Shown: positions 1 through 14,451, counted from the first letter of the stretch. The stretch: DNA of 64,000 bases from Veleropilina oligotropha (GCA_048128005.1 JBEUKZ010000109.1:62001-126000); one strand, 5' to 3'. Translations and numbers: made by a program. Notes: a model not told the origin generated them from the sequence alone.

Positions 1-159
1 AACAATATTATTGCCAATGATGTTTTGAAATTTTGTAGGCTCACCAAGAATATTAAGAAAAAATACCACATTTCCTACATTGTGATGACGGGGAAAACAT
101 CCAATATTTTGTTCACAATTCTTGTACACTGTACATAATCCGATGGATAAGCAAAGTGC

Positions 160-3100
160 TCAGTCCTCTTCATCACTGCTCTCCTCAAGGTCCTGTCTGC
201 CAATGTTCTGAACGCCCACATCGGCAAAGGCTTCCTCATAGAATTCGCGGACTGTGTCAGAAGCACCAATCTCACCAAGAAGTTTGAGGACGTCATCTTT
301 CTTGGCAGGCTTCACACAGTTGACCATGGGAGCGACGGCTGGTATGAAGTGCTCCCATTTTTTACCCCTCTTGAGAACAACATGCTCACAGAAGTCTCCG
401 CCGTACACCTGCTTGAAACCGACCTTCTCTGAATTGATGCGTAGGACCTTGCTGTCACTAATTTTGAAGGACCGCTGGGACTTGCAATTCTCCGCTGTAG
501 CTGCCTTGAAATCTCGACACTTCCAATCTGGACCATACACGTGTACATTGCCATGTTTGGCCAGAATTTCCACGTACTCTTGAGGAAGCAGAATAGTATT
601 CTGCTTCCTGATATCCTGTTCGATCCTGCCAAATGCGCGATCTGCAGGAAGAAAACTGACCTCGGACGGGGAACGTATACTCAATGTTCAGCTGTGGAAA
701 GTTCTGTTTTCGCAATGCAAACAGCATGGACAACACATTGATATTCTTGTTTTGGCCAAAACAGGAGTCTGAAAAAAGGCGCAAGTCTCTGTATGTTTTC
801 AGCTCATCTCCAACAACAGAAACGAAATAGTGGGTCAGTGCTGAAGCCACCATATTGCTGTCCTTGCGCATACATGTGATCTTTTTGAAATCGGATATTG
901 GGAGATCTGGTGAAAAATGTTGGGTTTATGTATGAAATATTGGGAGATTTTATAGTTATAATTAACAACGCAGATATGAAGATAACATATACTGTACATA
1001 TTTTATTTACAAATTGTATTTATATGCTATGTTACACAAGTTTACGTCTGGTTGTAACAAGCTGATTTAGCAGCCTTTAAAGGGTTATTATCAGGTGTAA
1101 AGTTAAAACACGCCTCATCAATGTTCATCTTGGTTGACATCAAAGAGTTGATTGTCTTGTTACTGAGATTCCCTCTAAAATGTGATCTACATTGCATTTT
1201 TCGATATTTATAATACTTAATACCAGCGTGTATGCTCGTTAAATAATAGGATTTTACTACTTATGACAACTTTATATTTCCTGCATGTCACTAAAACGTA
1301 TTATTAAAATGATTAAATTAGTGTCACGTAGGCCTACATGTAATTAAAACTATTTGCGTATACAAGCTCCATTGTTTCGAAAATAAAACTAACGTCCCGA
1401 TAACACCATTTGTCAACACATGTCAAGGGCGGTCTATTTATTTCGGGTTAAATACAAACACCATTGATTAATCGCTAGGGAAGTCGTCGTAATTACCTTC
1501 AAGGCTTGCTATCTCGAACAGGGCCCTTTGTGTCATAGCTAATCTGGATTTCACACGTGCTATTTTTATCGATAATCAGACTCGGGACTTTCCGGCAGAT
1601 ACCGAAACACCTTCGCGCTTGCCGAGAAACAACGAGCGATTTCCGATTGACTTTTAGTAACCTAAACGCCCAAATCATCAACAAAGGGACGAGAATCAAC
1701 GTTGTCAGTAAGCACGTGTGCCAGAAATGAAAACGAAACATTTTACGACCGTAGAATAAATTATCGCATGGTTTTTAAGAAATTGCGGGTTATTTTGCAC
1801 TTTTACGGTAGGTTGGGAGAGAGCACCCAAATGCGGGACCTCCCGCACGATTACGGGAGAGATCACATGTATGCTTGCGGTTTTGGCTTTCTAGCCAGAC
1901 AAAAAGATCAATGTCATTTTTTCCCTGTGGTTGACCTCGGCCGCGGTGGTGAACTACACCAAAAACATACAGGTAGAGCTGCCTTGAATAGTAGGTTTGT
2001 CCAATGGGGGATTTCGGTAGAACTAGATTCTCCATGATATCGAAACACACAGTGAAGGAATCCCCGACATTGTTTAAGCGGTCATAGAATTGCCTCGCCC
2101 GACGCCTGTGAAGAATGAACATGGCAGAAAAATTCCGTTTCTGCTCCTCTGTGATAGAAAGATCCTTGAGCTGCAGTCGGTACTTCATGCATGTACTGCA
2201 GATATCGACAGCGGGATGACCAAATGCCAAATTAAAATCATACATAAACACACTGTAATACAGTGCATAGGAAATTTGATCATGATTCTGTTCACGGAAT
2301 AGCTGATGCATCTTCTTGACACTTAAATCTGTGGGCAAAAACTTTCGACCTGGGGTACCACGACGCGCATAGTGGCTAGCACGACAGGTGAATGTCTTGA
2401 CGTGATCTTGGATAGCACGCTTCCTGGCACTGTTCCTCTCCAGATTTCGCCCACCTCCACGATTTTCAGGCCTGGCAACTCCGTTCTTCAACCAATATTT
2501 GGCAATGTTGGCCAACCGATCTTTCTTGACACCTGAAACGATAAAATAAAAGGCTTATAAGAAACAAATTAATATACTATGACTGGCCGGTAAAAAATTG
2601 TCTGTGTGCTGTAACCCTGCCTACCCACGATGCATACTCAAAGAATTTTATTAGCATTTTGGACAATATTTTTGCGGGGTTAAATTTCTTTAATTTGACC
2701 AGGAAATTCATTGATAAAAAAATAAATAAAAATATTTCCCCTACCAGGGTTTTTTCCAGATGGTAAAATGGATAAAATTCCATGCCCTCAAATTATCTGA
2801 GGGTACCGATCCGTACCCTCAAATTATTGGGTTTGACAATATTTTAGAAAAGACAAAATAGATTTGTGCTGTTTTCATATTTAATCAATGAGACAGATGA
2901 TTGAACAGTACAGCATTCATTTGATACAGATTTAAAACATTAAGAATAAACTAAGGTCCACGCCGCATACCGTTGACTTTATTTATTTATGGAGGAATCC
3001 CTGCCTACATAACCATCATGAAAATGCAGTATATGGCAGACAGAAAATTAAATTAATAACGAATAAATAATTAATATGTGCCATGATATACTCACCAAAA

Positions 3101-3510
3101 ATACCCATGAAGGTGGCCCTGCACACTGGAATCTTCTCTTTATTTGAAGTCAACATGGAGTACTTCACTGCGCATTCCCTGGCATTCCTCCTGGCAACAT
3201 CATCTACCTTGGCTCGCCTGCGTGCACATTTCTTGATATCCATGTACGAAAGCAGAGTTGCATCCTGACTAACCTTGTCTGTAGTCGAGTACAGCTGGTC
3301 ATGTGCGTACTTTAGGTCATCGTCGGACAGGGAAGTCGCGATGCAAACATTACGTGCATTGTGTGTACACGAAATATGTGCGATTTTCCCTGCACCACTA
3401 TGGCGTGCTTTTTTTGCTACAGAGCGTGCATAAGTACCTCGGTTACACTTTCTTTTACGGCCAGCTGGTGATAAAACCACTGGCTCATCAATATCGTCGA
3501 AATTATCCAT
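160..3510 (-). pseudogene. Sola-like DDE transposase, two exons (3510-3096; 2532-160), broken by a MITE insertion (869-1873) and a frameshift near 657
   Basis: A GT-AG intron (3095-2533) joins ...GIFG/VKKDRLANI. Motifs CFDIMENLVLPK..YYSRQL, FSDSCFGQNKN and (GH)SFLPADRAFGRIE. Removing the MITE restores WLESQNRK-DSNMVAS in frame. Confidence 0.7.
869..1873. mobile_element. Non-autonomous TIR element (hAT-like) with a 6-bp target duplication
   Basis: 14-bp TIR catacatgtgatct / agatcacatgtatg. TSD cttgcg at 863-868 and 1874-1879. Subterminal gggaga motifs. Confidence 0.85.
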
Positions 3511-3834
3511 TACTTTTGCGAATTTATGAAGAAATATGCGAAGATTTTGGAAGTTAGCGAACGATCATGGGCGCAGCCATATTGAATCACGTGACCAATT
3601 GCGGCGTGTCGATTGCTCAAGTGGAGTTGTCGGTTATTGCGGAAAACGGAGCAAGGCGTTTGTCGGTTTATGAAACGAAATTTGGAATGGCAATGGCATT
3701 TGACGAAGGAGGTGTCGGCTTTTGCCAAAACAGAATTTGTGCAACCGATAGACGGCACCTCGAACTTCCTTGAGGTAGTATTGATTTATTTTCGACCGAA
3801 ATGGCGTTTGTCGGCTTTTGCGCCTGAACTCTTC

Positions 3835-5146
3835 AGTTACAATGGGGAGCCTATGGGAAGTCATGGGTAAGCTTTCAAAAATGACCATGACCTTTGACCT
3901 CAGATGACCCAGTTAGCTGTAATTGACCTAATTCCATGATTTTGGGGGTAGGAAGCTGAAATTTGGTTTGCAGGTAGATATGGTGTTTATTAAGCGCCTG
4001 TACACTTTTCAGCTAGGTGGCGCCACTGGTTCGGCAGTAATTGACCTAATTCGAAGATTTTTGGGGTAGGAAGCTGAAATTTGGTTTGCAGGTAGATATG
4101 GTGTTTATTAAGCGCCTGTAAACTTTTCAGCTAAGTGGCGCCACTGGTTCGGCAGTAATTGACCTAATTCGATGATATGGCGGGTAGAAAGCTGAAATTT
4201 GGTGTGTGGGTAGATGCTGTGTTTGCGAGTTCCTGTAATTATTATTTATTTTCTCTCCTTTTTCCCACCAGCTGACTTGGACGCCATTACTGAAAATGTT
4301 TAAAGGGGCTATATCTTGTAAACGGTGCATCTTAGACATATAGTTACTATGGGGAGCTTATGGGAAGTCATGGGTAAACTTTCGAAAATGACCTTGACCT
4401 TTGACCTCAGTGACCTAATTAGCGAAAAATTGCCGAACTCGGAAAAACGCAGGGGTTGGAGTGCAATGGGTAGTGGGAACGTATTTGACATCGCATTTCC
4501 AAGATGGCGGAAATCGGACGCCATTATGGAAATTGTTTCAAGGGGCTGTATCTTGTAAACGGTGCATCTTAGACATATAGTTACAATGGGGAGCCTATGG
4601 GAAGTCATGGGTAAGCTTTCAAAAATGACCATGACCTTTGACCTCAGATGACCCAGTTAGCTGTAATTGACCTAATTCCATGATTTTGGGGGTAGAAAGC
4701 TGAAATTTGGTTTGCAGGTAGATATGGTGTTTATTAAGCGCCTGTACATTTTTCCAGCTAGGTGGCGCCACTGGTTCGGCAGTAATTGACCTAATTCCAT
4801 GATTTTGGGGGTAGGAAGCTGAAATTTGGTTTGCAGGTAGATATGGTGTTTATTAAGCGCCTGTACATTTTTCAGCTAGGTGGCGCCACTGGTTCGGCAG
4901 TAATTGACCTAATTCGAAGATTTTGGGGGTAGAAAGCTGAAATTTGGTTTGCAGGTAGATATGGTGTTTATTAAGCGCCTGTAAACTTTTCAGCTAAGTG
5001 GCGCCACTGGTTCGGCAGTAATTGACCTAATTCGATGATATGGCGGGTAGAAAGCTGAAATTTGGTGTGTGGGTAGATGCTGTGTTTGCGAGTGCCTGTA
5101 AACTGGTCCCTGAATTGGAGCCCTAACAGCTGCTTGCAGCTTTAAT
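3835..5146 (+). repeat. Internally repetitive non-autonomous element (Helentron/HINE-like) with ~100-bp tandem units and a block duplication
   Basis: Repeated gctgaaatttggtttgcaggtagatatggtg units and tgacctttgacct motifs. Block ~3835-4230 recurs at ~4579-5095. 3' hairpin agctgc-tt-gcagct followed by ttaatt. Confidence 0.55.
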
Positions 5147-5328
5147 TGGAATTGTGTTTAATACCTCTACCATTCCATTGCATAAGCGTGCCTGCCATTT
5201 TAGGTTAACGGCGCATATTGTAAACAATTTATTTGTGATATGGTCGGGTACGATTGACTCTTTATTTAGTGGAAGTAATGGGGCTTTTTGTCGTGTTTTC
5301 GTTTGAGGTGATCCACTGGCTGATCCAC

Positions 5329-6219
5329 TGCAGACGATACCAAGCTGTACAGAATTATCGAAACAGAAGAAGATGCAAAGAAACTTCAAGGGGATTTAAA
5401 TAATATGATAAAATGGTCTGAGGACTGGCAAATGGTGTTCAACACCAGCAAATGTAAAGTAATGCATGTGGGTTATAATAACAGTACCTATAATTATGAA
5501 ATGGGTTCAGAAGCTTTACAAGAAGTGGCCAAAGAAAAAGATTTGGGTGTATGGGTAGACAAGACATTTAGACCATCAAATCAATGTGCAGAGTCAGCTA
5601 AAAAGGGAAATCAAATATTGGGAATGATAAAGAGAAATTTTAATTTTAAATCTAAAGCCATCATAACTCGCCTATACAAGCAAATGGTTAGACCGCATTT
5701 AGAATATGCAGTGCAAGCATGGTGTCCATATCTTGCAAAGGATATCAATATAATAGAACAAGTTCAAAGAAGAGCCACAAAATTGATAGGAGAATTGAGA
5801 GAATTACCATATGAGGAGAGACTAAGAGCTCTGAACCTCACAACATTATCTTGAGAAGGATAAGAGGTGATATGATTCAGGTGTTTAAAATGTTTACAGG
5901 AAAAGTCAACGTTGACAATAGTTTCTATTTTCAGATGAACCAAAGGCATACCCGGGGGCATCAATACAAGATTTACAAAAAACGATTCCGACTAGACGTT
6001 AGAAAACACTTTTTCTCAAATCGTGTTGTCGATGAATGGAATGCTCTTCCTAATAATGTAGTGGAATCGACATCTGTAAACCAATTTAAAAATCGCCTAG
6101 ATGAGCATTTTAAGAAGAAGGGCAGGTTATAGAGGACAAGACAACTCAATGGGTTTTTATATGAGTGGCAGTAATGCGCTTTCTAAACCCAAACAAATTC
6201 TATTTAATCTATTTAATCT
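5329..6219 (+). mobile_element. 5'-truncated CR1-group LINE fragment (RT C-terminus, 3' UTR and tail)
   Basis: ADDTKLY...KEKDLGV...RPHLEYA...RRIRGDMIQVFK, with a frameshift near 5850. The 3' UTR and tctatttaa tail match the LINE at 42038-45621. Confidence 0.9.
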
Positions 6220-6589
6220 TCAATTGGGTGATCATCTGGTGATTGTCGTTTAGTAAATCATCATCGATCCTCTTTGCCTGCCATATCGGCTTTAGTTTAG
6301 AGAGGTCCTGGATGATGGTATTAGGCTCGACTGCTGGACCTTTTCTTTGATGTTGTTGCTTTACCTATATCAGCAGTCCGATTCAAATGTTAGAATTAAA
6401 AGTGTTTTATTTAATATTTGAGTGTTTCGTAGCTATAGTCTTGGTAGACGGTAACGATGATTTTGATTGGGTATGATAAGGTAATATTCAAGGTGGTGTC
6501 GGTTTGAATTTTTAAAGTGGATCGAGTGGTTGGTCTGTATTCCGCTGTTGCTGTAACTATAACATAACGTCTGCTGGAGGTCATTCTGG

Positions 6590-6860
6590 ATTTCAAGAGA
6601 TTCTTAGCATCAGGAAAAGATATTTGGTCAACGGTTTTGACCCACTAAATCTCATTTTCGTGCTATCACTTCGGGTAGTCTGAGGAAACACGAAGTACCT
6701 ACCCTTGCATTTACAGCAGGTGGGTGTGTTGAAGCAAGGGTCCGATTTATGTTCCTCTTCGCTGAACATGGCACATGTGGAATTCCTATTGATTCGGGCT
6801 TTGTTGTTTCCAAAAATTCCTGACATTGAAACGTCGCAAGGGTTTTGGGTGTAGGCCTAA
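6590..6860 (-). pseudogene. Degenerate ORF1 zinc-knuckle region of an I/Nimb-like LINE
   Basis: Remnant NPLR.FQCQEF...STCA...EH..DPC...PTCCKCKG pattern across frameshifts. Confidence 0.45.
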
Positions 6861-7249
6861 AGCCTTACGCACACTGGCAACTGTTGTCGCTTATTTCTGT
6901 CGTAAGCGATAAATCGTCGGGTGTGCACAGGCAATTTTGGTCGCAAGCGACAAAAAGGTGTTCCGTAAATATAAAAGTTAAGACATAGAAAACGACACCA
7001 ACGGACATCGTAATATTGGTTCTCTTACAAGTTTCATAATAATGTGGCTACGGCTTTGTCGCGCAATACAGTAGTCTGAGTGACTATTGGATAATATAAG
7101 CGGAGAAATGTGTTTTATTTCAATCTAGTGTGAAAGAGTTCCGTGTGAAAACAAACTATAATGAACTTATAATTCAAAATCAACGAATGAAACCAGAGTG
7201 AAGCCTCATTCGGTGAGCTAGGCTATCGGGTAAGGTTGTGCTTTAAGAT

Positions 7250-7544
7250 CAGGGGCGGATCCAGGATTTTGATAAGGGGGGTCCAACTTTCATAAAATAT
7301 ACTATCAACTGTTCACGTGGGGGCCCCAAGCGAAAGAAAAATTTTGACAATCAGCCTGAAACCTCCTCTCCTGCAATCTGACAGAACAAAAACGATATTT
7401 CTTACCAACATTTATAACCCATTTTCACTAAAATGTATGTAATTTTTATTTTTTTCACAATCTAACACATTGAGTTTTTTAATGGCCAAGGCAAAAGGGC
7501 ACTTGGTCCGTCAAGGATGGACCCCCCGCCTGGATCCGCCCCTG
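7250..7544. mobile_element. MITE with CAG...CTG termini
   Basis: 16-bp TIR caggggcggatccagg / cctggatccgcccctg. Flanks aagat/aaaac match only partly. Confidence 0.8.
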
Positions 7545-7719
7545 AAAACAACAAACGTAAAAGCTTCAACCTTGACAACGATAATCTCATTTGATTATCG
7601 CGTAGCCACTCAAAGTTCATCAGAATTATAGATTTTCATCGACACTACACTAGAAACTCAATATTAAATTATGTTACAAGTCGTTTTATTATACCGCCAT
7701 TCAACATTGAAATTCGCTG

Positions 7720-8898
7720 CAGGGTCGTAGGAAGCAATTTTGGATTGGGGGGTGGGGGTAAGACAGAAAAAGGGAACTTTGCATAACTAATTTTAAATAA
7801 GGTAATTTTCAGCCGCACATGTAGCCTATGTACGATTGCTGTGGGGGTTGAGGATAATTTTCCAAATACAAATATGAAGGGATTCAAATTATGCTATCAA
7901 TGGTCCGCGTGGGGATGGGGCCCTACGCGGAATAAAATGTTGACATTTAACCTTGTGAAACCACCTCTCCTGTATTCTGAGATCGCTAATGTTCTATTTC
8001 TTACCAACATCTTTGGATCATTTTCACCACCCAGTTAAAGTTTTCAATTTTGAAGATAGGCTAAAGACGTTTTTGCAATATAATATACTGCTGTTTATAC
8101 GACCAGGGACTACAACATTGAGGGGGACATGATGATCAACAGAACGTTCCCCGGGGAAGAATTTTTTGACAAATAGCCGGGCGAAACACCCTCTCCTATA
8201 TTCTGATGAAGTAAATGTGATATTTCTTAACAACATTTACAAATCATTCCACCATTTCATAGAATTTTCTTTTGACAATTAACCGTGCTAAACACCCTCT
8301 CTTGTATTCTGATGATGTAAATGTGATATTTCTTAACAATATTTACGAATCATTTCACCACTTCATAAAAGGTTTACGTAGGTATGTAATAGCCTCATTC
8401 CCAGTCTGCTGTACAATAATTATACTCCGTAGAATGGTGACTGCCGGTAGATGCAGATATCTCAAGGATATTGTACGCGTGATAAAAGCTATGAACTCAG
8501 ATATACTTTAAGTCTTCTGTCTATTGGCATCAGTAAAATATTGGGGGTGAAATACCTCCCTTATTTTATAAAAGTCGCACACACACAATTGCATAAAGCG
8601 GGCATGGTTGATCGAGAGAAGATTTTGCTCGTGAACGGATTTTGATCTAAAATGGACGGAAAATAACAATTCTGGAGATGGTGCATACATAAAATCTATG
8701 AAGTCGGATACTAGTATATACTTTGAGGGGGGTGGGGGGCGGGGTGGTGGTAATACCCGTTATTTTATAGCAAACTATGAACCCACGTATACATACAAAT
8801 CTAAGGGCACTTGCAAATTTAAGGGCACTTCTAAAAATATTGAGAGGGTATGTACCACCTCCCTACCCCCCCCCCCCCCCCCGGCTCCTACGCCACTG
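7720..8898. mobile_element. MITE with CAG...CTG termini and a 5-bp TSD
   Basis: Imperfect TIR cagggtcgtagga / tcctacgccactg. TSD cgctg at 7715-7719 and 8899-8903. Internal motifs shared with the 7250 and 14442 elements. Confidence 0.7.
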
Positions 8899-9226
8899 CG
8901 CTGCCAAATCATATTAAACAGAACAACATTTCAACCACCTTCAAAAATGAAGTTAGAAAATATTTAAAACACAAACACAGTAAATTGTAATTACCTGCCT
9001 CAAAATTTATCTAAATTTTATACTATCTGTATTATTGTAATGTATTGTGATGTCTTTGTTCACAAGGACCCCAATGGAAATAAGCTTTCTTGGGTCATTC
9101 TGATGTAACGAATTAATATACCTCGTCAAATAAGCCTAAACAAACAAAAAAATAGTCGTCATTTTGAGTAATCACTTGATCACATGATTGAATGGATTAT
9201 CCTGACAACTTTTGTTTTCAATATAA

Positions 9227-9679
9227 AACAAGAACGACGCGTTCGAAATATGTCTTGACCTTTCTTTATTTCCCTCAAATTTTCATAACAGTTAATACAA
9301 TGGCTAAGTGCAAGTACTTCATGGCTTAATTTACTACCCCGTCGATTGTGACGTCACCAAATGACGATTAATCTAAGGCGACGTCGTAATGACGTCATTG
9401 CCATTTGCTTGCAATATTAGACATCCGTTATATACAAATATGGATAAAAGTGATCAATAAATGCATATTTTTGCAAAATTGTGTCGCGAAAGTTATATAC
9501 ACGACCTACAAATACTCTTGGGAATGTGTGTACCAATTTTGGTGAAAATTGAGCGGGTAGTTTTCAAATAAATCGACGGATATATATTATATATATATAT
9601 ATATAAGTATATAAGTATATACACACGGACCATTTGATAATGTCTTGTCCTTTTTTACAAAAATGTCAAGACATAAAAA
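9227..9679 (+). mobile_element. HINE-like non-autonomous repeat
   Basis: Starts aacaag, carries an internal (TA)n tract, and ends with a hairpin (atgtcttg...caagacat) and an A-run. Confidence 0.4.
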
Positions 9680-11353
9680 TGCTTGATATCGTTTTTTGGC
9701 CGCAAGAGACACAAATCTTGACAAAAATCAAACTGTTCCTATCTGACCTTTCCATACAGCATAATACGAGGCCAAACTAGTGTGTCGAAGTCAACTTGGG
9801 CGGCCTAAAGTTACCGTTTGAAATTGGGCAGTGCCCAAGTTAACTTCGGCCTGACACAACTTAATTTGGGCAACGCGGAAAGTTGGGCAGCAACAGTACG
9901 ACGTGCTCTACCTGGAAAGCGTGAATGAGAATTGCCAGGTAAATACGTGTTATATAGTCTTCAGATCTCGGCAAAAGGCATATTTTTGCAACAACATAGC
10001 GTGCTTGCGTTTTGATATCATGTAAACTACCGGTAATTAATTTATTTAGTTGGCCGGTGTCACGCTGTCATTATCTCGTAGTCGTAACAAGTTGCTAACG
10101 CATTCTTTATCAGTTCAAGTTCGAATTTCGTTCATTTTTATTTCGTCCACATATAATCAATATATATTAATAACAGTTAACTCGCTGTTTTTATAACGCA
10201 ACACATTATTTATGAAGACAGCAAATTAATTATGAATGCACTAAATGTAGGCATAGGCTGTCTGTGACGTACGAAATAAAATTAATAGGTCTACGCGTCT
10301 TGAATAGTATTTTGCCAAATTGTATCACAGGGGCATGTAACGCTGTTTTCATCTTTTTTCGTTTGGCGATTAGCGCTGTTCATTGTTACTATAATAATAA
10401 TATAGACAATTAAGGGAGGTCACTAAGGAAAGCGTGTTCTTCACTCGACTCGATAGAACCACGAATAAATTGCAAATTACGCCAATTTAGCACTCTGCGC
10501 TGACACGTATCGATAACTAGGTTATTCAACAAACAATATATTGAAAAATTAACTTACATACCTCTTGCAAACAACTACCAAGTCTCTCTGTAAACAACAA
10601 CAAATTATATGGGACACATGCTAACTCATCCTCAAACTCCACCCTCGAATTTGACATTTGACCTAATGATTTCATTGGTCAATATTCGACCCAACGGTTT
10701 GGAGAAACATTATGATATATTTTACTATTTTTTTAAGAACGGTTTTCAGTACTACAAGTTTGTAGAAGTAAAAGGGATCAATTTGAAATATAGTTTATAA
10801 ATTTTTTTTACCCCAACACCCATGCTACGTCCATGTCAGAATTTATAAATGGGTGTCCTTTCCTGTATTGTAGACGGTATGTATTTTGCAAATTCATCAA
10901 AGTCGACCACAATAATAACACTTTAATAATTGACGAGAATGTGCATGTGTAATGATAGAAGACATTCGGAAGTCCTGAATAACCGCATGATTACAGCTTC
11001 AAGTTTCTTTTGGGCAATTATAGTCACTAAGTGGAAGGTATTATCAGAAAATATCGAACATGTGAATAAATTATTGAATCTATTGTCATTATTTCAATAT
11101 CATGTAAAAATACACTGATAAAAGGCCGCTTCGGTACTCTGCCTAACAGGAGCGCGTTTTAACCTCGGTTGTGACAATGGCGTTCTTTGTTCAGTTACCA
11201 ACCATGCACAGTTGTCCATAACTGTCTGATGGGGTGGATTTTCCCGGGTGATTGGGCGTACCTCCAGCGACAATATGGATATGTCATGATATGAACCTGA
11301 TGGGTTGTTAAAAATAGGATAAGCACAAATCAAAGCACTATCTACACTATTCC

Positions 11354-11960
11354 CTAGTTATCCTTTTCATGGTTGATTGCTAAAGCAATTCGCCGGTGCA
11401 GTGACGCATCCCAGTCCTGCAGAACCGCAATGTTATCAAGCCCCTCCACCAGAGGGTGATCCTTGTAGATATAGGCCAGAGCAAGACCGTTCAGTCTAAG
11501 TTCACCCATCAAGGTTCTGGCCCATGTCTTCAATCGTCGCAAAGCACTGAAAGATCACTTACATGAACATGATCCCACAGGAAGGGTGAGCATCACAGAT
11601 AGAACAGCGTGCACGTTTGGGTAAAAATGCTTGTCAATCATGCCCAGTAATGCTCAACCAGCTCCTGGCATTTGGCTTTCGGTTTCATGGTAGAAACTTT
11701 CTGATTCCATCTGAACAGTTCCTGGTGGAAGCTGTCAGGTGATGACAAATCCTCCTTGATTTCGGTTTCTTCCTCGTCTGTCAGTTCATGCATTTTTGCT
11801 GGCAGGAGATGGAATGCCAGCAGTGCATTCTTCAGCTGTGGTGGAAAGCGGCTTTGAAGATGTGATGTCACATGGTCAACAGAAGGGAAGTAGTCATTTA
11901 TCCTGGAGAAATCACCTACAGTCGTGTCTGGGGCATTGGCTCTGTGCGCTTGCCTCTTTG
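11354..11960 (-). pseudogene. hAT transposase C-terminal (dimerisation domain) remnant
   Basis: LTLPVGSCSC..SFSALRRLKTWARTLMGELRLNGLALAYIY is a typical hATC motif. Stops and frameshifts are present. Possible terminus ctggctacggccctg near 12104. Confidence 0.75.
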
Positions 11961-12569
11961 CGGCTGGTGCGCTGAGCTTAATTTAATGGCTTCAAGGCTA
12001 GCTAAAAAATAGGATTTTACAGATTTAGCCATTATTCCACAATATTGCTAGCCCCAAAAAAGAGGAGCAGCCTCCTCCTCTGCTTCAGCCTGGCTACGGC
12101 CCTGCGATAATAATTATATATATACAGAAATTTCTTGCAACTAGCCATTTTGACAGATTCATAATTTATATGTGCTAGAGGTCTAATTTATATATCATGT
12201 ATATATATACAAGGCAATGTGAATTTCACATATATATCCAAATGGTCGTGAAGGTTGCTGTCTGGCATGTCTGATGTATAGCACTTATTTAATCAAAAGA
12301 GAGGTGAAATTACCGAGAAATTAGTTCTCTTTACGGAGATCGTTTGCGCATACACGTGACATACACTGAGTTCTATTCCAAATATAGATCAAGTAACCTC
12401 GGCTGTTCCGTTTCTGAACATTTATGCCAGTGTGAATGAACATTCGAACGAGACAAGTATTGATATTATAGATAACGAATCGGCTGCAGCATTTGTTCAT
12501 TTGTGGCATTCGTGTTTTATGCAGACGTCAGACGGACCAGTAGGTTCCAAACATGTCGACTTTATATTC

Positions 12570-12713
12570 ATATAAGGATTGAACTGCAGTTTGGTTGTGT
12601 TTATGCTGGTATGAACGCAAGCAGCAATTACATCTTCTCCATGTAGAATATGTAATTGCTGCTTGCTTTCATACCAGCATAAACGCAACCAAACTGCAGT
12701 TCAATCCTTATAT
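12570..12713. repeat. Long near-perfect inverted repeat (~64-bp arms)
   Basis: ataaggattgaactgcagtttggttg...gcagcaattacat is mirrored by atgtaattgctgc...caaccaaactgcagttcaatccttat. Confidence 0.9.
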
Positions 12714-14451
12714 TTACATTAGTTTGTAACCACAATCCTGTAAAAATAAACATAATATTTAGTTTGTTATGATGTAGTTATTATTGTATATCGTCAGGTA
12801 ATGTCCAATTAATGGAACAGCCTTTCCATTGAGCCAAAAAATAGTTCCTGTAAGGATTTCATTATGTGGTAAAAATAATGAACAATTTGTTAAATTCAAA
12901 TCATAATTTATTTGATATTAAATATATCAAGTAAATTTTACATTAGAGGCAAAACTTTTTATGTATAACAATTTTATTATAACAAGAAACATAGTGCGAT
13001 ATTACTACGCCTTGCCTATTTTCTCTATTGCGTTCATAATAGTATGAACGCAATCAAACTGTAGTGAGCTAAATAGCAGACGATGTAAATATAACATAAT
13101 GATAAACACCATAGGTTAACATTTTTGTCTAAATGTAAATAAAACAGGTTTCAAATTTTATGGGACCAGTTAAAATTGTTGTGACCAGTAGATTTTTAAG
13201 TTAACAGGTCACGTGATTGATAAGCAAAAATGTATATTTCAAGGATTATATGGAGTAGCAACCTCTAACGTTATTGCAGTACATTTCACCATGTGTCACA
13301 GTGTGAGTACATCTGGGTTATGTAAATATCACATAAGATTGAGCACATTATTGACACTAGGGTCTTGTTAGAGATGTTTTCAATCTAGGATTAAGCTGTC
13401 TAGTGTATTTCCTCTGGTCGCCTTTATCAGGTAACATTTATGTTTTTTCACTCTAACAATTGAACTTGGGCAGTGCACGTTCTTAAAATAACAGTATTGT
13501 GAGTACCGGTGTAGGCCTAGATTGAATTATATCCCGCAATTGAATTATTGTTCAATGTTATAGAATAATTAACTTAGTCCATAAATGATAAATCATATTT
13601 ATTTCTTGGCTATAGAAATCGTCTACCCAATACCACGTTTGTGAAGAAAACATTGCTGTTTGCCACAAATCATTATGCGATTTTGCTCTCGTTCGTAACT
13701 GTTTTGGTCAAGTGATAAAAATATTTTGCATTATTTGGTAAAAATATTTCGCATAATTTTGGCAACCCTATTAGTCATATTTCACAATAACGATAAGGGG
13801 TGCATACATCTATGCTTGAAATGACTAATTCACGTTATAATGTATACATCAGGGATGTGCCAACACTTTCACCCAGCACAGACAAAACTATTTAGATTTT
13901 CACCCAGCAGTATATTTGGAGTAATCGACATTCAAAAACAAGAAAGAGATGAATAATGTATAATTTAACACTATCAATATTAAATTAATAATATAAATTG
14001 TAAATGTATGATCTAAATGGCACTCAAGTATCAGAAAATTGCTTTTGAGATGCATAATATTTGTAATTTAACTTTTTCCTACGGCACGGAAAATTTACAT
14101 GGAAAATTATTTTACCAGGTGTCATCTAGAATTTTGACTCCATAGAAAAGCGACCCGCGGGTCACTATTCTTTAAAGAATTGTGACCCGCGGGTCATAAT
14201 TCAACTGTAGAATAATATTGACATGGCCCATGGATAAGTGTCCAAGTTGTCAAAATTATACTAATATTAAGTGGCCAACTCAACAGGTTCTGAGCACATC
14301 CCATACATGTTACTGGACTTTTAGGAATTTGTGAAAGTGAGGGTTCTACTTTAATAGCCTAATGAGTTCAAGTAACTCGTGTCACAAGAAGTTTTGAAGT
14401 ACTAGTAATTAGTTAATTCTCGAGATTGTTATGGTATTATGCAGGCTCGGA

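Larger units (their letters stand above)
1..3834 (-). mobile_element. Sola-like DNA transposon (one end at ~3834, the other outside the window)
   Basis: Contains the transposase above. The minus-strand terminus GAAGAGTTCAGGCGCAAAAG abuts 'agttacaatgggg', which continues the neighbouring repeat (compare 4579 onward). Confidence 0.55.
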
